A DNA stretch of 59,321 nt from Candidatus Poribacteria bacterium (lineage in GTDB: Bacteria > Poribacteria > WGA-4E > WGA-3G): positions 1-59,321 of the forward strand of contig VYCT01000135.1 in assembly GCA_009843785.1 (NCBI GenBank), in the 5' to 3' direction. The notes under the pieces are model-generated. The model was not told where the DNA came from. It did no database searches and saw only the letters and a list, made by a program, of their open reading frames with translations. How positions within the stretch are numbered: position 1 is the first letter of the stretch; every line of letters begins with the position of its first letter. Shown here one piece after another: positions 1-10,524 of the stretch. Position numbers and translations under genes: made by a program.

Positions 1-291
1 TAAATAAAGTCAGGATATAGGGGACTTTGGCGCGCTTGTGAAATTTGTTTCCCTATTACGAAAGACTAACGTTTTTTTGTGAATAACGTCTTAAGAGCAT
101 AGATTGTTTTTGAGGCGTAGTGGGCATATTTTTTAGTGCCCGATTCGAGGAACTTGATAATGCGAACGCTTGAACGCAATACCATCACAGCACAAATAAC
201 CGGTGTAGGGTGCCTTCAGAATTTTTCTCTCTACGCTTGGGGTTTTTTGACGCGGCTTGCAAGCAGCAGTTTGCTCTTAAAAGGCGTATTT

Positions 292-342
292 GTGTTTTAT
301 CTGTATCTGTACTTATATTTGTACGGCAACGATAGGTGGTGA
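292..342 (+). CDS. Aromatic amino acid leader peptide (MFYLYLYLYLYGNDRW) of DAHP synthase attenuator
   Basis: GTG start after AAAAGG; 5 Tyr, 1 Phe and 1 Trp in 16 codons; directly upstream of a terminator and the DAHP synthase gene. Confidence 0.75.
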   Translation: MFYLYLYLYLYGNDRW

Positions 343-393
343 AGGTTCGTAGGTAATGCTTCAATTGTATGATTAACGGATGCCAGTATCACC

Positions 394-435
394 ACCCAGC
401 GTTGAAAATAAATTCGATGTTGGGTAATTTTTTTT
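394..435 (+). terminator. Attenuator terminator hairpin
   Basis: ACCCAGCGTTGAA (394-406) pairs with TTCGATGTTGGGT (413-425) allowing G-U, then T8 (428-435); overlaps alternative pairing GGTGGTGA 335-342 / TCACCACC 389-396. Confidence 0.75.
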
Positions 436-479
436 AACCGAATTAGATTTGGGACAGACAGAGTTTTTCTGGGAGGTAG

Positions 480-1505
480 TTGAAAAGGATGGTAATCGTT
501 ACCAAGACCGATGCAACACAATCAGATATTGATGCTGTTGTAAAACGGATCGAAAGTGTTGGGTTGAAAGCACAAGTCTCAACCGGCGAACGGCACACGG
601 TCATCGGTGTCATAGGAGATAAAACATTGCTTGGTGATATTCCGATAGAGTCAATGTCCGGTGTTGAGCGAACGATGCCGATTACGGCGCCGTTCAAGTT
701 GGCAAGCCGCGAATTTCGGGAAGAACCGACAGTTATCGCAGTGAATGGCACAAAGATTGGTGGAAAGCAGTTGCCTGTTATTGCCGGTCCCTGTGCTGTA
801 GAGAGCACAGAACAAATTGTGACCATTGCCCGATTGGTTGAAAAAGCAGGCGCGAGTTTCATCAGAGGCGGTGCGTTTAAGCCGAGAACGGGGCCTTATA
901 GTTTCCAAGGCTACGGTGAAAGTGCTCTCAAGATGCTAAAGGCGGCGAAAGACGAAACTGGACTCGGTATCGTCACTGAAGTTATGACCCCCCACGAAGT
1001 GGAACTCGTTGGGGAATATACAGATATGTTCCAACTCGGGACCCGGAACATGACGAATTTTTACCTGTTACGTGAGGTCGGGCGCGCGCAGAAACCGGTC
1101 ATCCTCAAGCGCGGGATGTCCGCAACAATCGAAGAATGGCTGCTTGCCGCCGAATATATCCTTGCAGAAGGGAACCCGGATGTTATCCTATGTGAGCGTG
1201 GCATTCGCACATTTGAAACCCATACACGCAACACACTTGACCTGAACGCGGTACCCGTCGTTCACGAATTGAGCCACCTTCCAATCGTCGTTGATCCAAG
1301 CCACGGCACCGGTATCCGAAGCTTGGTGTGTGATATGACGAAAGCATCTGTGGCTGCCGGGGCTGATGGGTTGTTACTTGAAGTACATCACGATCCTGAT
1401 CATTCAATGACGGGAGATGGTGCACAGTCGCTGTTCCCAGATCAATTTGAGACACTCATGCGGGAACTGAAACCGATTGCGATCGCCGTCGGGCGTGAAA
1501 TCTAA
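480..1505 (+). CDS. aroF: DAHP synthase (3-deoxy-7-phosphoheptulonate synthase), class I-beta with N-terminal ACT-like regulatory domain
   Basis: [34 protein letters not shown] and VDPSHGTG motifs; GGAGG RBS before TTG. Confidence 0.95.
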   Translation: MKRMVIVTKTDATQSDIDAVVKRIESVGLKAQVSTGERHTVIGVIGDKTLLGDIPIESMSGVERTMPITAPFKLASREFREEPTVIAVNGTKIGGKQLPVIAGPCAVESTEQIVTIARLVEKAGASFIRGGAFKPRTGPYSFQGYGESALKMLKAAKDETGLGIVTEVMTPHEVELVGEYTDMFQLGTRNMTNFYLLREVGRAQKPVILKRGMSATIEEWLLAAEYILAEGNPDVILCERGIRTFETHTRNTLDLNAVPVVHELSHLPIVVDPSHGTGIRSLVCDMTKASVAAGADGLLLEVHHDPDHSMTGDGAQSLFPDQFETLMRELKPIAIAVGREI

Positions 1506-1561
1506 CTTTTTAACGATTGAGTTTTTGCTCATTTTTTGCCGATGGCAAAAAATGGTTTTCG

Positions 1562-1588
1562 ATGAAGTTGGTGGTGTTGGTTATGTGA
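1562..1588 (+). CDS. Possible branched-chain amino acid leader peptide MKLVVLVM upstream of leuA
   Basis: ATG AAG TTG GTG GTG TTG GTT ATG TGA followed by a hairpin; RBS weak. Confidence 0.35.
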   Translation: MKLVVLVM

Positions 1589-1695
1589 TGTTGTCTGATG
1601 CTTTTGAACCTGGCGGTAACCTTTTGATGGCATCAGGCTTCCCTCGTAACTTGCAAACTTTATCCATCCTTGATTAAAATTCGGAGGAAAGAGCC

Positions 1696-3249
1696 TTGGA
1701 CGATTTTGAAACCAACCAGCAGAAAGTCTATATTTTTGATACAACGCTCCGTGATGCCGAGCAGACGCCCGGTGCTGCTCTGGGTATCCAGGAAAAACTC
1801 GAAATTGCCAAGCATCTCGCCAAATTAAATGTGGATGTCATTGAAGCTGGATTCCCAATTTCGTCACCGGGTGATTTCGACGCTGTCAAACGGATAGCCA
1901 ACGAAGTTGAAGGCCCGGAAATTTGCGCGCTCTCTCGCGTTGTAGAGAAAGACATTACTGCCGCATGGAAAGCGATTGAGGACGCACCGCGCGCCCGTAT
2001 CCATACCTTTGTCGGCACATCGCCGATTCACATGGGCCGCATCACACGGACGACACCGGAAGATACACTCCGAATGGCAACGGATGCCGTCGCTTACGCG
2101 AAAAGCCTCTCTGAAGGACACTCAGATGCGAATGTGGAATTTTCACCGATGGACGCAGGACGCACAGAGTTAGCGTTTCTTTATGAGGTCGTTGAAGCGA
2201 CAATCGCTGCGGGGGCAACTGTCGTTAATATTCCAGAGACCGTCGGCTGGACAGTACCAACAGAGTTCGGGAACCTCATCAAAAGCATCATGGAGAATGT
2301 ACCGAATGTCGACGACGCTATAATTAGCGTCCATTGTCATAACGATCTCGGTTTGGCAGTGGCGAACAGCCTTATCGCGATTGAACAAGGTGCGCGTCAG
2401 GTAGAATGCACAATCAACGGACTCGGAGAACGCGCCGGGAATACCTCGCTTGAAGAGGTCGTCATGGCAATCCGCACCCGGCGTGACTATTTCAAAGAAT
2501 ATTACACCGAGATTAACGCCAAAGAGATCGTCCCAATTAGTCGGCGTGTCAGCCGAACGATGGGTATCTCCGTGCAACCCAACAAAGCGATTGTCGGTGC
2601 GAATGCCTTCGCGCATAGTTCTGGGATTCATCAGGACGGGATCATCAAATCGCGAGTGACGTTTGAAATCATTGACCCGAAAGAAATTGGGTGGAAAGAG
2701 AGTCAACTCATCCTCAGTCCGCGTTCCGGACGCAACGCACTCAGACACCGACTCAGCGAACTCGGCTACGAAGTGGACGCTGAACAGTTAGACAAGGTTT
2801 ATGAAAGATTCTTGAGAGTTGCTGATAAGAAAAAAGCGGTGCAGGATGCTGACCTCGAGGCGATCATGAGCGATGAAATTCGCGCCATCCCTGCTGTCTT
2901 TGAACTTGACTATATCCAAGTCGTCAGTGGAACGAAGATTTCACCGACAACGACAGTCGGTATTAAGACGGAAGACGGGATCGTTGAAAAAGCGTCAACT
3001 GGCGACGGACCCGTTGATGCCGCGTTTAAAGCGATTGGTCAGGTTGTTGACCTCCAACTGAATCTCATTGACTACCAGATCCGGTCCGTAACCGAAGGCG
3101 AAGATGCGATCGGTGAAGTCTCGTTGAAGGTACAAGACAACGGACACATCATCACCGGACACGGTGCCAGTACAGACATCATCGAAGCGAGTGCCCGGGC
3201 ATACATCCACGCTGTTAATAAATTAATCCAGATCCGGTCTGAAGGGTAG
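1696..3249 (+). CDS. leuA: 2-isopropylmalate synthase
   Basis: IFDTTLRD, HCHNDLGLAVANS, GLGERAGN and HSSGIHQDG motifs; C-terminal GDGPVDA regulatory domain. Confidence 0.95.
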   Translation: MDDFETNQQKVYIFDTTLRDAEQTPGAALGIQEKLEIAKHLAKLNVDVIEAGFPISSPGDFDAVKRIANEVEGPEICALSRVVEKDITAAWKAIEDAPRARIHTFVGTSPIHMGRITRTTPEDTLRMATDAVAYAKSLSEGHSDANVEFSPMDAGRTELAFLYEVVEATIAAGATVVNIPETVGWTVPTEFGNLIKSIMENVPNVDDAIISVHCHNDLGLAVANSLIAIEQGARQVECTINGLGERAGNTSLEEVVMAIRTRRDYFKEYYTEINAKEIVPISRRVSRTMGISVQPNKAIVGANAFAHSSGIHQDGIIKSRVTFEIIDPKEIGWKESQLILSPRSGRNALRHRLSELGYEVDAEQLDKVYERFLRVADKKKAVQDADLEAIMSDEIRAIPAVFELDYIQVVSGTKISPTTTVGIKTEDGIVEKASTGDGPVDAAFKAIGQVVDLQLNLIDYQIRSVTEGEDAIGEVSLKVQDNGHIITGHGASTDIIEASARAYIHAVNKLIQIRSEG

Positions 3250-3250
3250 G

Positions 3251-3322
3251 GGTTATCGGTTATCGGTTATCAGTTAAAGAGGTATTTTGTAACCGACAAC
3301 CGATAACTGATAACTGACAACC
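3251..3322. repeat. Heptamer-armed palindromic repeat (family A) between convergent leuA and pepA
   Basis: (GGTTATC)n-AGTTAAAGAGG ... (TGATAAC/CGACAAC)n inverted arms. Confidence 0.8.
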
Positions 3323-3329
3323 ATTAAAT

Positions 3330-4817
3330 CTACCAATCCTCAACCAATTGCACCAACAACCGTACGCCGTAGCCGGACGCACCTTCAGGGATATACGTAG
3401 AGCCTTTCATCCCCCACGCAGTGCCAGCGATGTCGAGATGTACCCACGGATAGCCTTCAGCGAACTTCTTGAGAAACGCGCCCCCGGCAATCGTGCCAGC
3501 CGTGCCGTCGCCGATGTTCTGCACATCTGCGACCTTACTTTTGACCGCTTCATCGTAATCGTCCCAGAGCGGCAGTTCCCAAACGCGCTCATGCGTTTTT
3601 TCAGCTGCCGATTTCACTTTCGCCATGAGTTCGGGGTCTGTCCCCAGTGCACCCGCTGCGATATGTCCTAAAGTACCAATCACGGCACCCGTGAGCGTGG
3701 CTAAGTCGATAACACCTTTCGGGTTATACTGCGCTGTCCACCCGAGCGCATCCGCTAACACCAGTCGTCCCTCAGCATCGGTGTTAAGAATCTCAATCGT
3801 TTTGCCGCCGTAAGAGGTGACGACATCGCCCGGCTTAACCGCAGTGCCACTCGGCATATTTTCGGTCGCGGCAACCAAGCCGATGACACGCACGTTCGGT
3901 TTAAGTTGACCGATCGCTTGCATCGCGCCTATTACCGCGGCGGCACCGGACATGTCATGCTTCATCTCATGCATACCGCTTCCACCTTTGATTGAGATTC
4001 CGCCAGTATCAAAGGTAATTCCTTTGCCGACAAGCACAACGGTATCTTGTCCTTCACCGTCAGGCGTGTATTCGAGAATAATAAAGCGTGGCTCTTCAGC
4101 ACTCCCTTGCGCGACGGCAAGAAGTGTACGGAACCCTTTTTTTTCTAAAGTGGCTTTGTCAAAAATTTCACAACCCAGTCCTGTCGCTTCTGCTACCGCT
4201 TCAGCCTTTTCTGCGAGGTGCGTTGGTGTGAGGTAGTTTGCGGGTTGGTTGCTCAGGTCGCGGGCGAGCAGTGTACCGTTGGCGATCACTTCGCCGCGCT
4301 GGACTGCCGCTTCTACTGTCGCCTGACTCTGGACACTTTCAGCTAAGAACGTGACGGATTCGAGTTTTTTCTTTTCGGCTTCATCGTCACTCTCCGTTTT
4401 GTGTTCATCGAACTGATAGAGTGCAAGGAGGCTGGCTTCCGCTGCGGCTTGTATCATTTCAGGCGTGGCTTCAATAGGAATCGGGACAGCAGCGTTTGTT
4501 AAACCCATATCTCGGATCGTTCGCACCGCGTGCCCCGCTGTCTGACGGACTTTTTCAACAGTGAGATCATGATATTCACCCAAACCCACCAGTAGCACGC
4601 GAGGCGCGGTGATCGCGCCGTTTGTGTAGAGCCAACTGGTAGTTTTCAACTTGCCTGTGAAATCACCGAGGTTCATGAGTTCGCGAATGCGTCCACCGAG
4701 TGCCTGATCTATCGTTTGGAGCGGGGCACTATAGAAATCCGGATTCTCCAGCACACCGATGGCAATCACATCGCTCTGTTCTTGGTTAAACCCACCCGTT
4801 TTGACAGTAATATTCAT
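3330..4817 (-). CDS. pepA: Leucyl aminopeptidase (M17)
   Basis: VGKGITFDTGG, MKHDMSGAA, NTDAEGRL and HLDIAG motifs. Confidence 0.95.
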   Translation of the reverse strand: MNITVKTGGFNQEQSDVIAIGVLENPDFYSAPLQTIDQALGGRIRELMNLGDFTGKLKTTSWLYTNGAITAPRVLLVGLGEYHDLTVEKVRQTAGHAVRTIRDMGLTNAAVPIPIEATPEMIQAAAEASLLALYQFDEHKTESDDEAEKKKLESVTFLAESVQSQATVEAAVQRGEVIANGTLLARDLSNQPANYLTPTHLAEKAEAVAEATGLGCEIFDKATLEKKGFRTLLAVAQGSAEEPRFIILEYTPDGEGQDTVVLVGKGITFDTGGISIKGGSGMHEMKHDMSGAAAVIGAMQAIGQLKPNVRVIGLVAATENMPSGTAVKPGDVVTSYGGKTIEILNTDAEGRLVLADALGWTAQYNPKGVIDLATLTGAVIGTLGHIAAGALGTDPELMAKVKSAAEKTHERVWELPLWDDYDEAVKSKVADVQNIGDGTAGTIAGGAFLKKFAEGYPWVHLDIAGTAWGMKGSTYIPEGASGYGVRLLVQLVEDW

Positions 4818-4861
4818 AAATTTTCCTTTCTATTTCAATGTTTTTTGCAAATCATGCAGTA

Positions 4862-5167
4862 TTAAGTTTTTCGCATTCCCGTTAAGACGACTAACGGTTC
4901 ATGACTCGTGACGGTAATGGAGTGATAGGTATTCGCAGGAACATCAACCCGATCGCCACTTTCTATAGACCCGTGTTCATCAGCGACCTTCACATCTGCC
5001 GTGCCAGATAACACACAGACAACTTCATCTTCGGTGTGGATATAATCGAGATAGGCACCACCGGGACGACCCGACCACTCGTAGGCATTGAAGCCTTCGG
5101 TTTCTAATTGTTGCTTTAAGGCATCAGTGTCCGCATGCTGTTCTGACCAACGTGATTTCCAATTCAT
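4862..5167 (-). CDS. Cupin domain protein
   Basis: H-x-x-D-E...G and G-D-x5-P-A-N-x-x-H cupin motifs. Confidence 0.75.
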   Translation of the reverse strand: MNWKSRWSEQHADTDALKQQLETEGFNAYEWSGRPGGAYLDYIHTEDEVVCVLSGTADVKVADEHGSIESGDRVDVPANTYHSITVTSHEPLVVLTGMRKT

Positions 5168-5256
5168 TTTCCAACTCCCAGTACGTCTGTTGCGTTTTGT
5201 GTATCGTCATTTTCGGGTAGCGTCCCCCGACCTTCCATATACACATATTGTCTCCG

Positions 5257-7953
5257 TTAAAGCGGTTCTAACCTCACCGGACAGACCTTCAATTCAGCGG
5301 TATGTGTGATAGGATCATAGCCAGAACCTGTCAATAGGTTAACTGGAACATCTGCGAAACTGAAACTGGCAAAGACAGTGCCACGCGGTGAACGGTTCGT
5401 CGCTTTGACTTTGATGTTGATACTGCCGCGCGCACTACTCATTTTACACCATTCGCCGTCCGTTAATTCCCATTTCTCAAGGTCTGCTGGATTGACTTCC
5501 AGTGATTCTTCCGACAAAAGGTAATCAATCCCCTCTGCCCTACCCGTCTGCGTTCGCGTGTGATAGGATTGCAAGCGTCTCCCTGTTGTGAGCCATACGG
5601 GGAAATCGTCGCTAATTGTCTCGGCTGGGTCTCGGTAATGTACATTTGAAAAAATACCACGACCGTTGACGAACGATTCCTCATGGAGCCGTGGTGTACC
5701 GGGATGTTCCTTGTGGGGCACGGGCCATTGGTATTCACTCTTGTCAATGCGTTCCCAATCTAATCCTGCGTAGATCGGTGAAACCCGGCAGAGTTCATTG
5801 AAAATCGGCTTCGGTGCGTTAAAATCAAACCCTTCAAACCCAAGACGTTGTGCAATCTGACAAATAATCCACCAATCCGGTTTTGCCTCACCTGGTGGCG
5901 GTACTGCGGCGCGCATCCGTTGGACTCGACGTTCCGTATTCGTACATACGCCATCCGTTTCACCCCACGCCGTCGCGGGTAGTACAATATCGGCGAGTTC
6001 TGCAGTCTCGGTGAGAAAGATGTCGATAACGACGAGATGCGCCAATGAACGGAGGGCGTGCTCACAATGCTCGCGATCCGGGTCGGACAGCAACGTGTTT
6101 TCGCCATCAATGAGCATCGCATGGATACTGTCACCACAAAGTTCTAAGGCGGTCACTTTAGTAATACCCTTCTCTAAATCAACGGCTCTGCCATATTCTG
6201 CTTTGAACTTCGCCTGATACGCTGGATCCGTAACGGCTTGGAAACCGGGATAGTTGTTTGGTAGTGCGCCGCTGTCGCCTGCACCTTGAATGTTGTTTTG
6301 CCCACGCATCGGGTTGATACCCGTTCCCTCGCGCCCGACATTTCCCGTCATCAAGGCGAGATTGCAGAGGCTCTGGACATTCTCCACGCCACAGATATGT
6401 TCTGTGATGCCAAGCGTGTAGTAGATGGCACCCTTATCCGCGCCCCCGTACCACATCGCTGCTGTCTCAATGTCCTTCGCAGGGACACCCGTAATCGTTT
6501 CTGCCCATTCCGGTGTCCACTGGCTGATATGTTCAAAGAATTCGTCAAACCCAGTGGTTCGATTTTCGATAAAATCTTCGTTAATTAAACCTTCGCGGGC
6601 GATCACGTGTGCCATGCCGAGGAGCAGTGCTGTGTCCGAACCGACACGGAGCGGTAGGTAGAGATGCGACAACTCCGCCAACCCGATGCGTCTCGGATCC
6701 GCGACGATGAGTTTCGCACCACGGGCGATTGCCTTCTTAAGCCCCGTCGCCGCGACAGGGTGACATTCCGTCATATTTGTACCGATACAGAAAATCACCT
6801 CCGGTTTCTGCATATCGACGAGCGGGTTAGACATCGCGCCACGTCCGATTGTCGCTGCCAGACCGGCAACGGTCGGCGCGTGTCAGGCACGGCTGCAATT
6901 GTCGATGTAGTTAGTGCCGAACCCGACACGGATAAACTTCTGCATCAGATACGCAGCTTCACTCGGTGCGCGCCCAGAAGCGATGCCGTAGATGCTGTGT
7001 CTACCGTGTTCAGCATTGACCTGTCGGAAACCTTCAGCGGCTTTGTCAAGCGCGTCTTCCCATGTAGCTTCATGGAGTTCGCCATCGTCGCCACGGATGA
7101 GTGGGGTTTTCAACCGATCCGAGTGCTGCACGAAGTCGTAAGCGAACTGACCTTTAACACAGAGCGCGCCTTGATTCGCAGGCCCATCCATGGCAGGATG
7201 GATGCCAACGATCTTTTCATTTTTTGTGAGTATATCAACGGAGCATCCTACACCGCAATATGGGCAGATGGTGCGGGTTTTGTCAGGAATAGCATCCGCG
7301 ACTTCATCCGCTGCGCGGAGCGCTTTCTTGTCGGCGAGTGCGCCGGTCGGGCAGGTCTGGATACACTGCCCGCAAAACGTGCAGGCGGAATCCTTGAGAA
7401 GCCCGTCAAACTCCGTTGTAATCTGTGTATGGAAGCCGCGGTTCATGATGTTAATAGCGTGGTCACCCTCTTGTTCAGCACAGACGCGGACGCACCGATA
7501 ACAGGAGATGCAGAGTTCATAATCTCTGAGGATAAATGGATTCTCGTCGGTTTTATTCGTGCCGGATTTTGCCCCTGTCATACAGTTGCCGTTTATTGCG
7601 TACTTATCGCGGAGGTCCGCGAGTTCACCAGCGGCATAACCGCGCAGCGGAGACACATCAACTTCACGATTCTCGCTGATAACCATCTCCAACAGCGTCT
7701 TCCGGTATGCCTCTATTGTATCAGTCGCTGTCCGCACTACCATCCCCGGTGTGGCTTTCGTCGTACAAGATGCCACCGGGTTTCGCGCACCTTCTAACTC
7801 GACGATGCAGAGCCGACAGCCACCGAATGGCTCAAGTCTCGGATCATAGCAGAGCGTTGGAATCTCTTTTTCATGACGTTGTGCAACCTCAAGAATCGTT
7901 TCATTCTCGGAGAAGGTAACTTCAACACCATCAATTTCTATTTTGTGTCTCAT
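5257..7953 (-). CDS. fdhF: Selenocysteine-containing formate dehydrogenase alpha subunit (FdhF/FdhA-like with N-terminal 2Fe-2S and 4Fe-4S domains); in-frame UGA at 6883-6885
   Basis: ORFs 6883..8016 and 5257..6834 are in one frame; readthrough gives DNCSRA-U-HAPTVAGLAATIGRGAMSN, matching the FdhF CARV-U-HGPSVAGL...GAMSN site; CPYCGVGC and LRGQ-like MRGQNNIQG motifs; about 898 aa. Confidence 0.92.
6854..6870 (-). promoter_or_regulatory. Bacterial SECIS hairpin of fdh
   Basis: GUUGCC-GGUCU-GGCAGC stem-loop 12 nt 3' of the UGA, with a loop resembling the E. coli fdhF SECIS. Confidence 0.7.
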
Positions 7954-8002
7954 CGCGATAAACCTCAAAGCGTCGCGGTCCGGGACCGCCGGACTGAATA
8001 GG

Positions 8003-9070
8003 TTATTCTCCTGCACTAAAATCGATTTGTGGCACCTCTAATGTACCGGCGAGGATTTGCTGTCTCGCTGCCTCAACCTTTTGTTGTACCTCTTCAGGCA
8101 CCCGAGATCTCAGTTCTGGGTTATAGGTCAAAGCGATTGCGCCGTCTGTTGTCATTGTGAAGACATGGAGTTTAGATTCAAACGTCCCCGCCTTGACAGC
8201 CGTTGCGAGTTGTATATAGGCTTTCGGTGTAATCACGGCATTCGCAAGCACTGCCCGAGGAGAGACGGTGCTCTGATCGCGGTTAGCACCAAAAGAATAA
8301 ACAGTTTTGCCGGCATCCTGTGCTAAAACGACGGCTTCAAACACACCGAGTCCAGCCTCATTCGCGTTGTGAAAAATGAAGTCAACGCCTTCCTGAATCT
8401 GTGTGGTAGCGATGTCCTTTGCCTTCGCAATGCTCTCCCAGTCGCCTACATAAGCCCGTTGCAGGACAGCATTCGGGTTGACACTTTTCACACCGCCTTC
8501 AAACGCCATAAACACGCTACTACCCGATGGAAGTTCCTGACCACCGACCATCCCGATCTTATCGGTTTGGGTCATCAGACCGGCTATTATCCCCAACAGA
8601 TAGGTGGCTTGTTCAAGACGGAAAACGATCGGGGCGACATTCTCACGAATAGCGCCACTTGCTCCCGCAGACGTAATGAAGATGATTTCAGGATAATCTT
8701 GCGCGACGGCGATCGCTGCCGCCTGATACTCGTAGCCGTGCCCGAAGATGAGGTGATAGCCCTCCATGGCATAGGCACGAAAGTCTGCTTCCCAGGCATC
8801 GGGGGTTAAACTCTCGACGTAGTCTATTTCGGCACCGAGTTCGGCTTCGATCGCTGTTAAGCCATCGTGTGCCAAGGCGTTCCACCCTTGATCGTTAATA
8901 GAACCCGGTAGGAGCATACCGACTTTGAATGTTCCCGGTTCTGGCGCGTAGATAATTTTGCTGCTATCCTGAACTCTCTCACAACCTAACATGAATCCGA
9001 TTGCCAAAAGCCATAGAAGTACGGCATAGCTTGCCATGCTATATCGTGATTTTCGAGATAGCTGTTTCAC
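8003..9070 (-). CDS. BMP-family ABC transporter substrate-binding lipoprotein
   Basis: Lipobox-like FMLGC; PGSINDQGWNALA and IFGHGYEY BMP motifs. Confidence 0.9.
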   Translation of the reverse strand: MKQLSRKSRYSMASYAVLLWLLAIGFMLGCERVQDSSKIIYAPEPGTFKVGMLLPGSINDQGWNALAHDGLTAIEAELGAEIDYVESLTPDAWEADFRAYAMEGYHLIFGHGYEYQAAAIAVAQDYPEIIFITSAGASGAIRENVAPIVFRLEQATYLLGIIAGLMTQTDKIGMVGGQELPSGSSVFMAFEGGVKSVNPNAVLQRAYVGDWESIAKAKDIATTQIQEGVDFIFHNANEAGLGVFEAVVLAQDAGKTVYSFGANRDQSTVSPRAVLANAVITPKAYIQLATAVKAGTFESKLHVFTMTTDGAIALTYNPELRSRVPEEVQQKVEAARQQILAGTLEVPQIDFSAGE

Positions 9071-9107
9071 GCGAATATTCCTCCAATAGTTCGGTTACAG
9101 AAGCCCA

Positions 9108-10178
9108 TCAATCTTTGTCGTCTTCCTTTTCAGTGAAATCAATTTGCGGCACCTTCAATTCGCCTGAAAGGATTTTGACTTTCGCATCTTCAACGGCTTT
9201 TTGGACATTTTCTGGCACCTTATCCTTCAACGCAGGACTGTAGGTAAGGGTAATCGCTTCGTCCGTTAACATGTTGAAGGTATAGATCTGTGGTTTAAAC
9301 TTGCCTTCTTTAATGATCTTAGCGATTTGCACAAATGCGTTGGGTGTAATCACCGCGTTTGCAATCACAGTTGGAGATATATCGCTCTTATCACGGTTCG
9401 CACCGAACGTGTATACCATTCTTCCCTCTTTTTCGGCAGTTTCAGATTTATTAAAAATCTCAGCCGCCTCATAGGCACCGAGTCCCGCCGCATCAGCATT
9501 CGGGAAGATAAAATCGACACCTTCGCTAATCTGTGCAAGTGCAAGTTCCTTGCCTTTGCCGATATCTTCCCAATTCCCGACGTATACATAGGACACTTCT
9601 GCTTCAGGGTTCACACTTTTCGCACCGCCTTCAAACGCCATAAACGTGCTATTGACGGATGGAATATTTTGCCCGCCCATGACCCCCAGTTTATTTGTAT
9701 TGGTCATCATACCTGCCATTATCCCTAACAGATAGGCTGCCTGTTCAACGCGAAAGTTGACCGGTGAGATATTATCGGTGATCGTGCCGCCGGAAGACGT
9801 AATGAAAATCGTCTCAGGAAAGTCGGCTGCCACCGCTTTCGCTGGGTCTTGGAACTCATAGCCGTGTCCAAACACCAAGTCGTAACCGTCAAGTGCGTAA
9901 GAACGGAATTGTTCTTCTTGATCCGATGGGGTTCGGGTCTCAGCGTGACTGATCTCCGCGCCGAGTTGTTTTTCAATTGCTTTAAGCCCTTCATACGCCA
10001 ATGCGTTCCAACCCGCGTCACTGATTGAACCCGGTAGAAGCATCGCAACCTTGAATGTCTCGTGTCCTTTCGCGTTGAGATCTATAGTCCTAACGAGTAT
10101 GAATCCGATTGCGAGAAGGCACACGAGTAAAATATAGATGACAACACTGTTTCGTAACTTGTCTGATAACTGTTTCAC
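9108..10178 (-). CDS. BMP-family ABC transporter substrate-binding protein (tandem paralog)
   Basis: PGSISDAGWNALA, VFGHGYEF; clearly paralogous to 8003..9070. Confidence 0.9.
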   Translation of the reverse strand: MKQLSDKLRNSVVIYILLVCLLAIGFILVRTIDLNAKGHETFKVAMLLPGSISDAGWNALAYEGLKAIEKQLGAEISHAETRTPSDQEEQFRSYALDGYDLVFGHGYEFQDPAKAVAADFPETIFITSSGGTITDNISPVNFRVEQAAYLLGIMAGMMTNTNKLGVMGGQNIPSVNSTFMAFEGGAKSVNPEAEVSYVYVGNWEDIGKGKELALAQISEGVDFIFPNADAAGLGAYEAAEIFNKSETAEKEGRMVYTFGANRDKSDISPTVIANAVITPNAFVQIAKIIKEGKFKPQIYTFNMLTDEAITLTYSPALKDKVPENVQKAVEDAKVKILSGELKVPQIDFTEKEDDKD

Positions 10179-10215
10179 GTCAGTATTTTCTCCTTCATCA
10201 CTGGAATGTTTGCTT

Positions 10216-10339
10216 TATAGTAAAGCACGAAAACAAATTGACACACCACAATAGCAATCCACATTGCCGGATCGTAGGGGCTGGGTAACCCAGCCCCTAC
10301 GATCAATCGCGCGTCCAAATAATTATGGGCTTTACTATA
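10216..10339. mobile_element. MITE family B, copy 1, carrying an internal GTAG REP-like hairpin
   Basis: TA-[TAGTAAAGC...GCTTTACTA]-TA; internal CGTAGGGGCTGGG-TAA-CCCAGCCCCTACG; second copy at 32820..32942. Confidence 0.8.
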
Positions 10340-10394
10340 AAGTATAGCACGTTCACACGAAAAATGTAAAGCGGGAATTTCATCTTATATTTAT

Positions 10395-10518
10395 CAGGAC
10401 TTACGCAGCGTGCTCTTTTGTAGCATAGGAAACCGTTAGCCTGTGTCCCCAAATACCTATGTTTTTTCGACATCTGCCTCTAAAACCGAGTGTTACGGTC
10501 AAAATTGCGTAAGTCCTA
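10395..10518. mobile_element. MITE family C
   Basis: 12-bp TIR AGGACTTACGCA / TGCGTAAGTCCT; flanked by TTTAT direct repeat (10390-10394, 10519-10523). Confidence 0.75.
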
Positions 10519-10524
10519 TTTATA

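Noticed and set aside
136-342. 68-aa ORF as a full protein
   Set aside because: Only the last 16 codons have an RBS and a meaningful composition; reported as a leader peptide instead.
6883-6885. fdh (and selD at 37174) as nonsense-mutated pseudogenes
   Set aside because: Both UGAs fall exactly at the known Sec/Cys catalytic position and are followed by SECIS-like hairpins.
6664-7797. 377-aa plus-strand ORF
   Set aside because: Antisense shadow of the formate dehydrogenase gene; no recognisable motifs.
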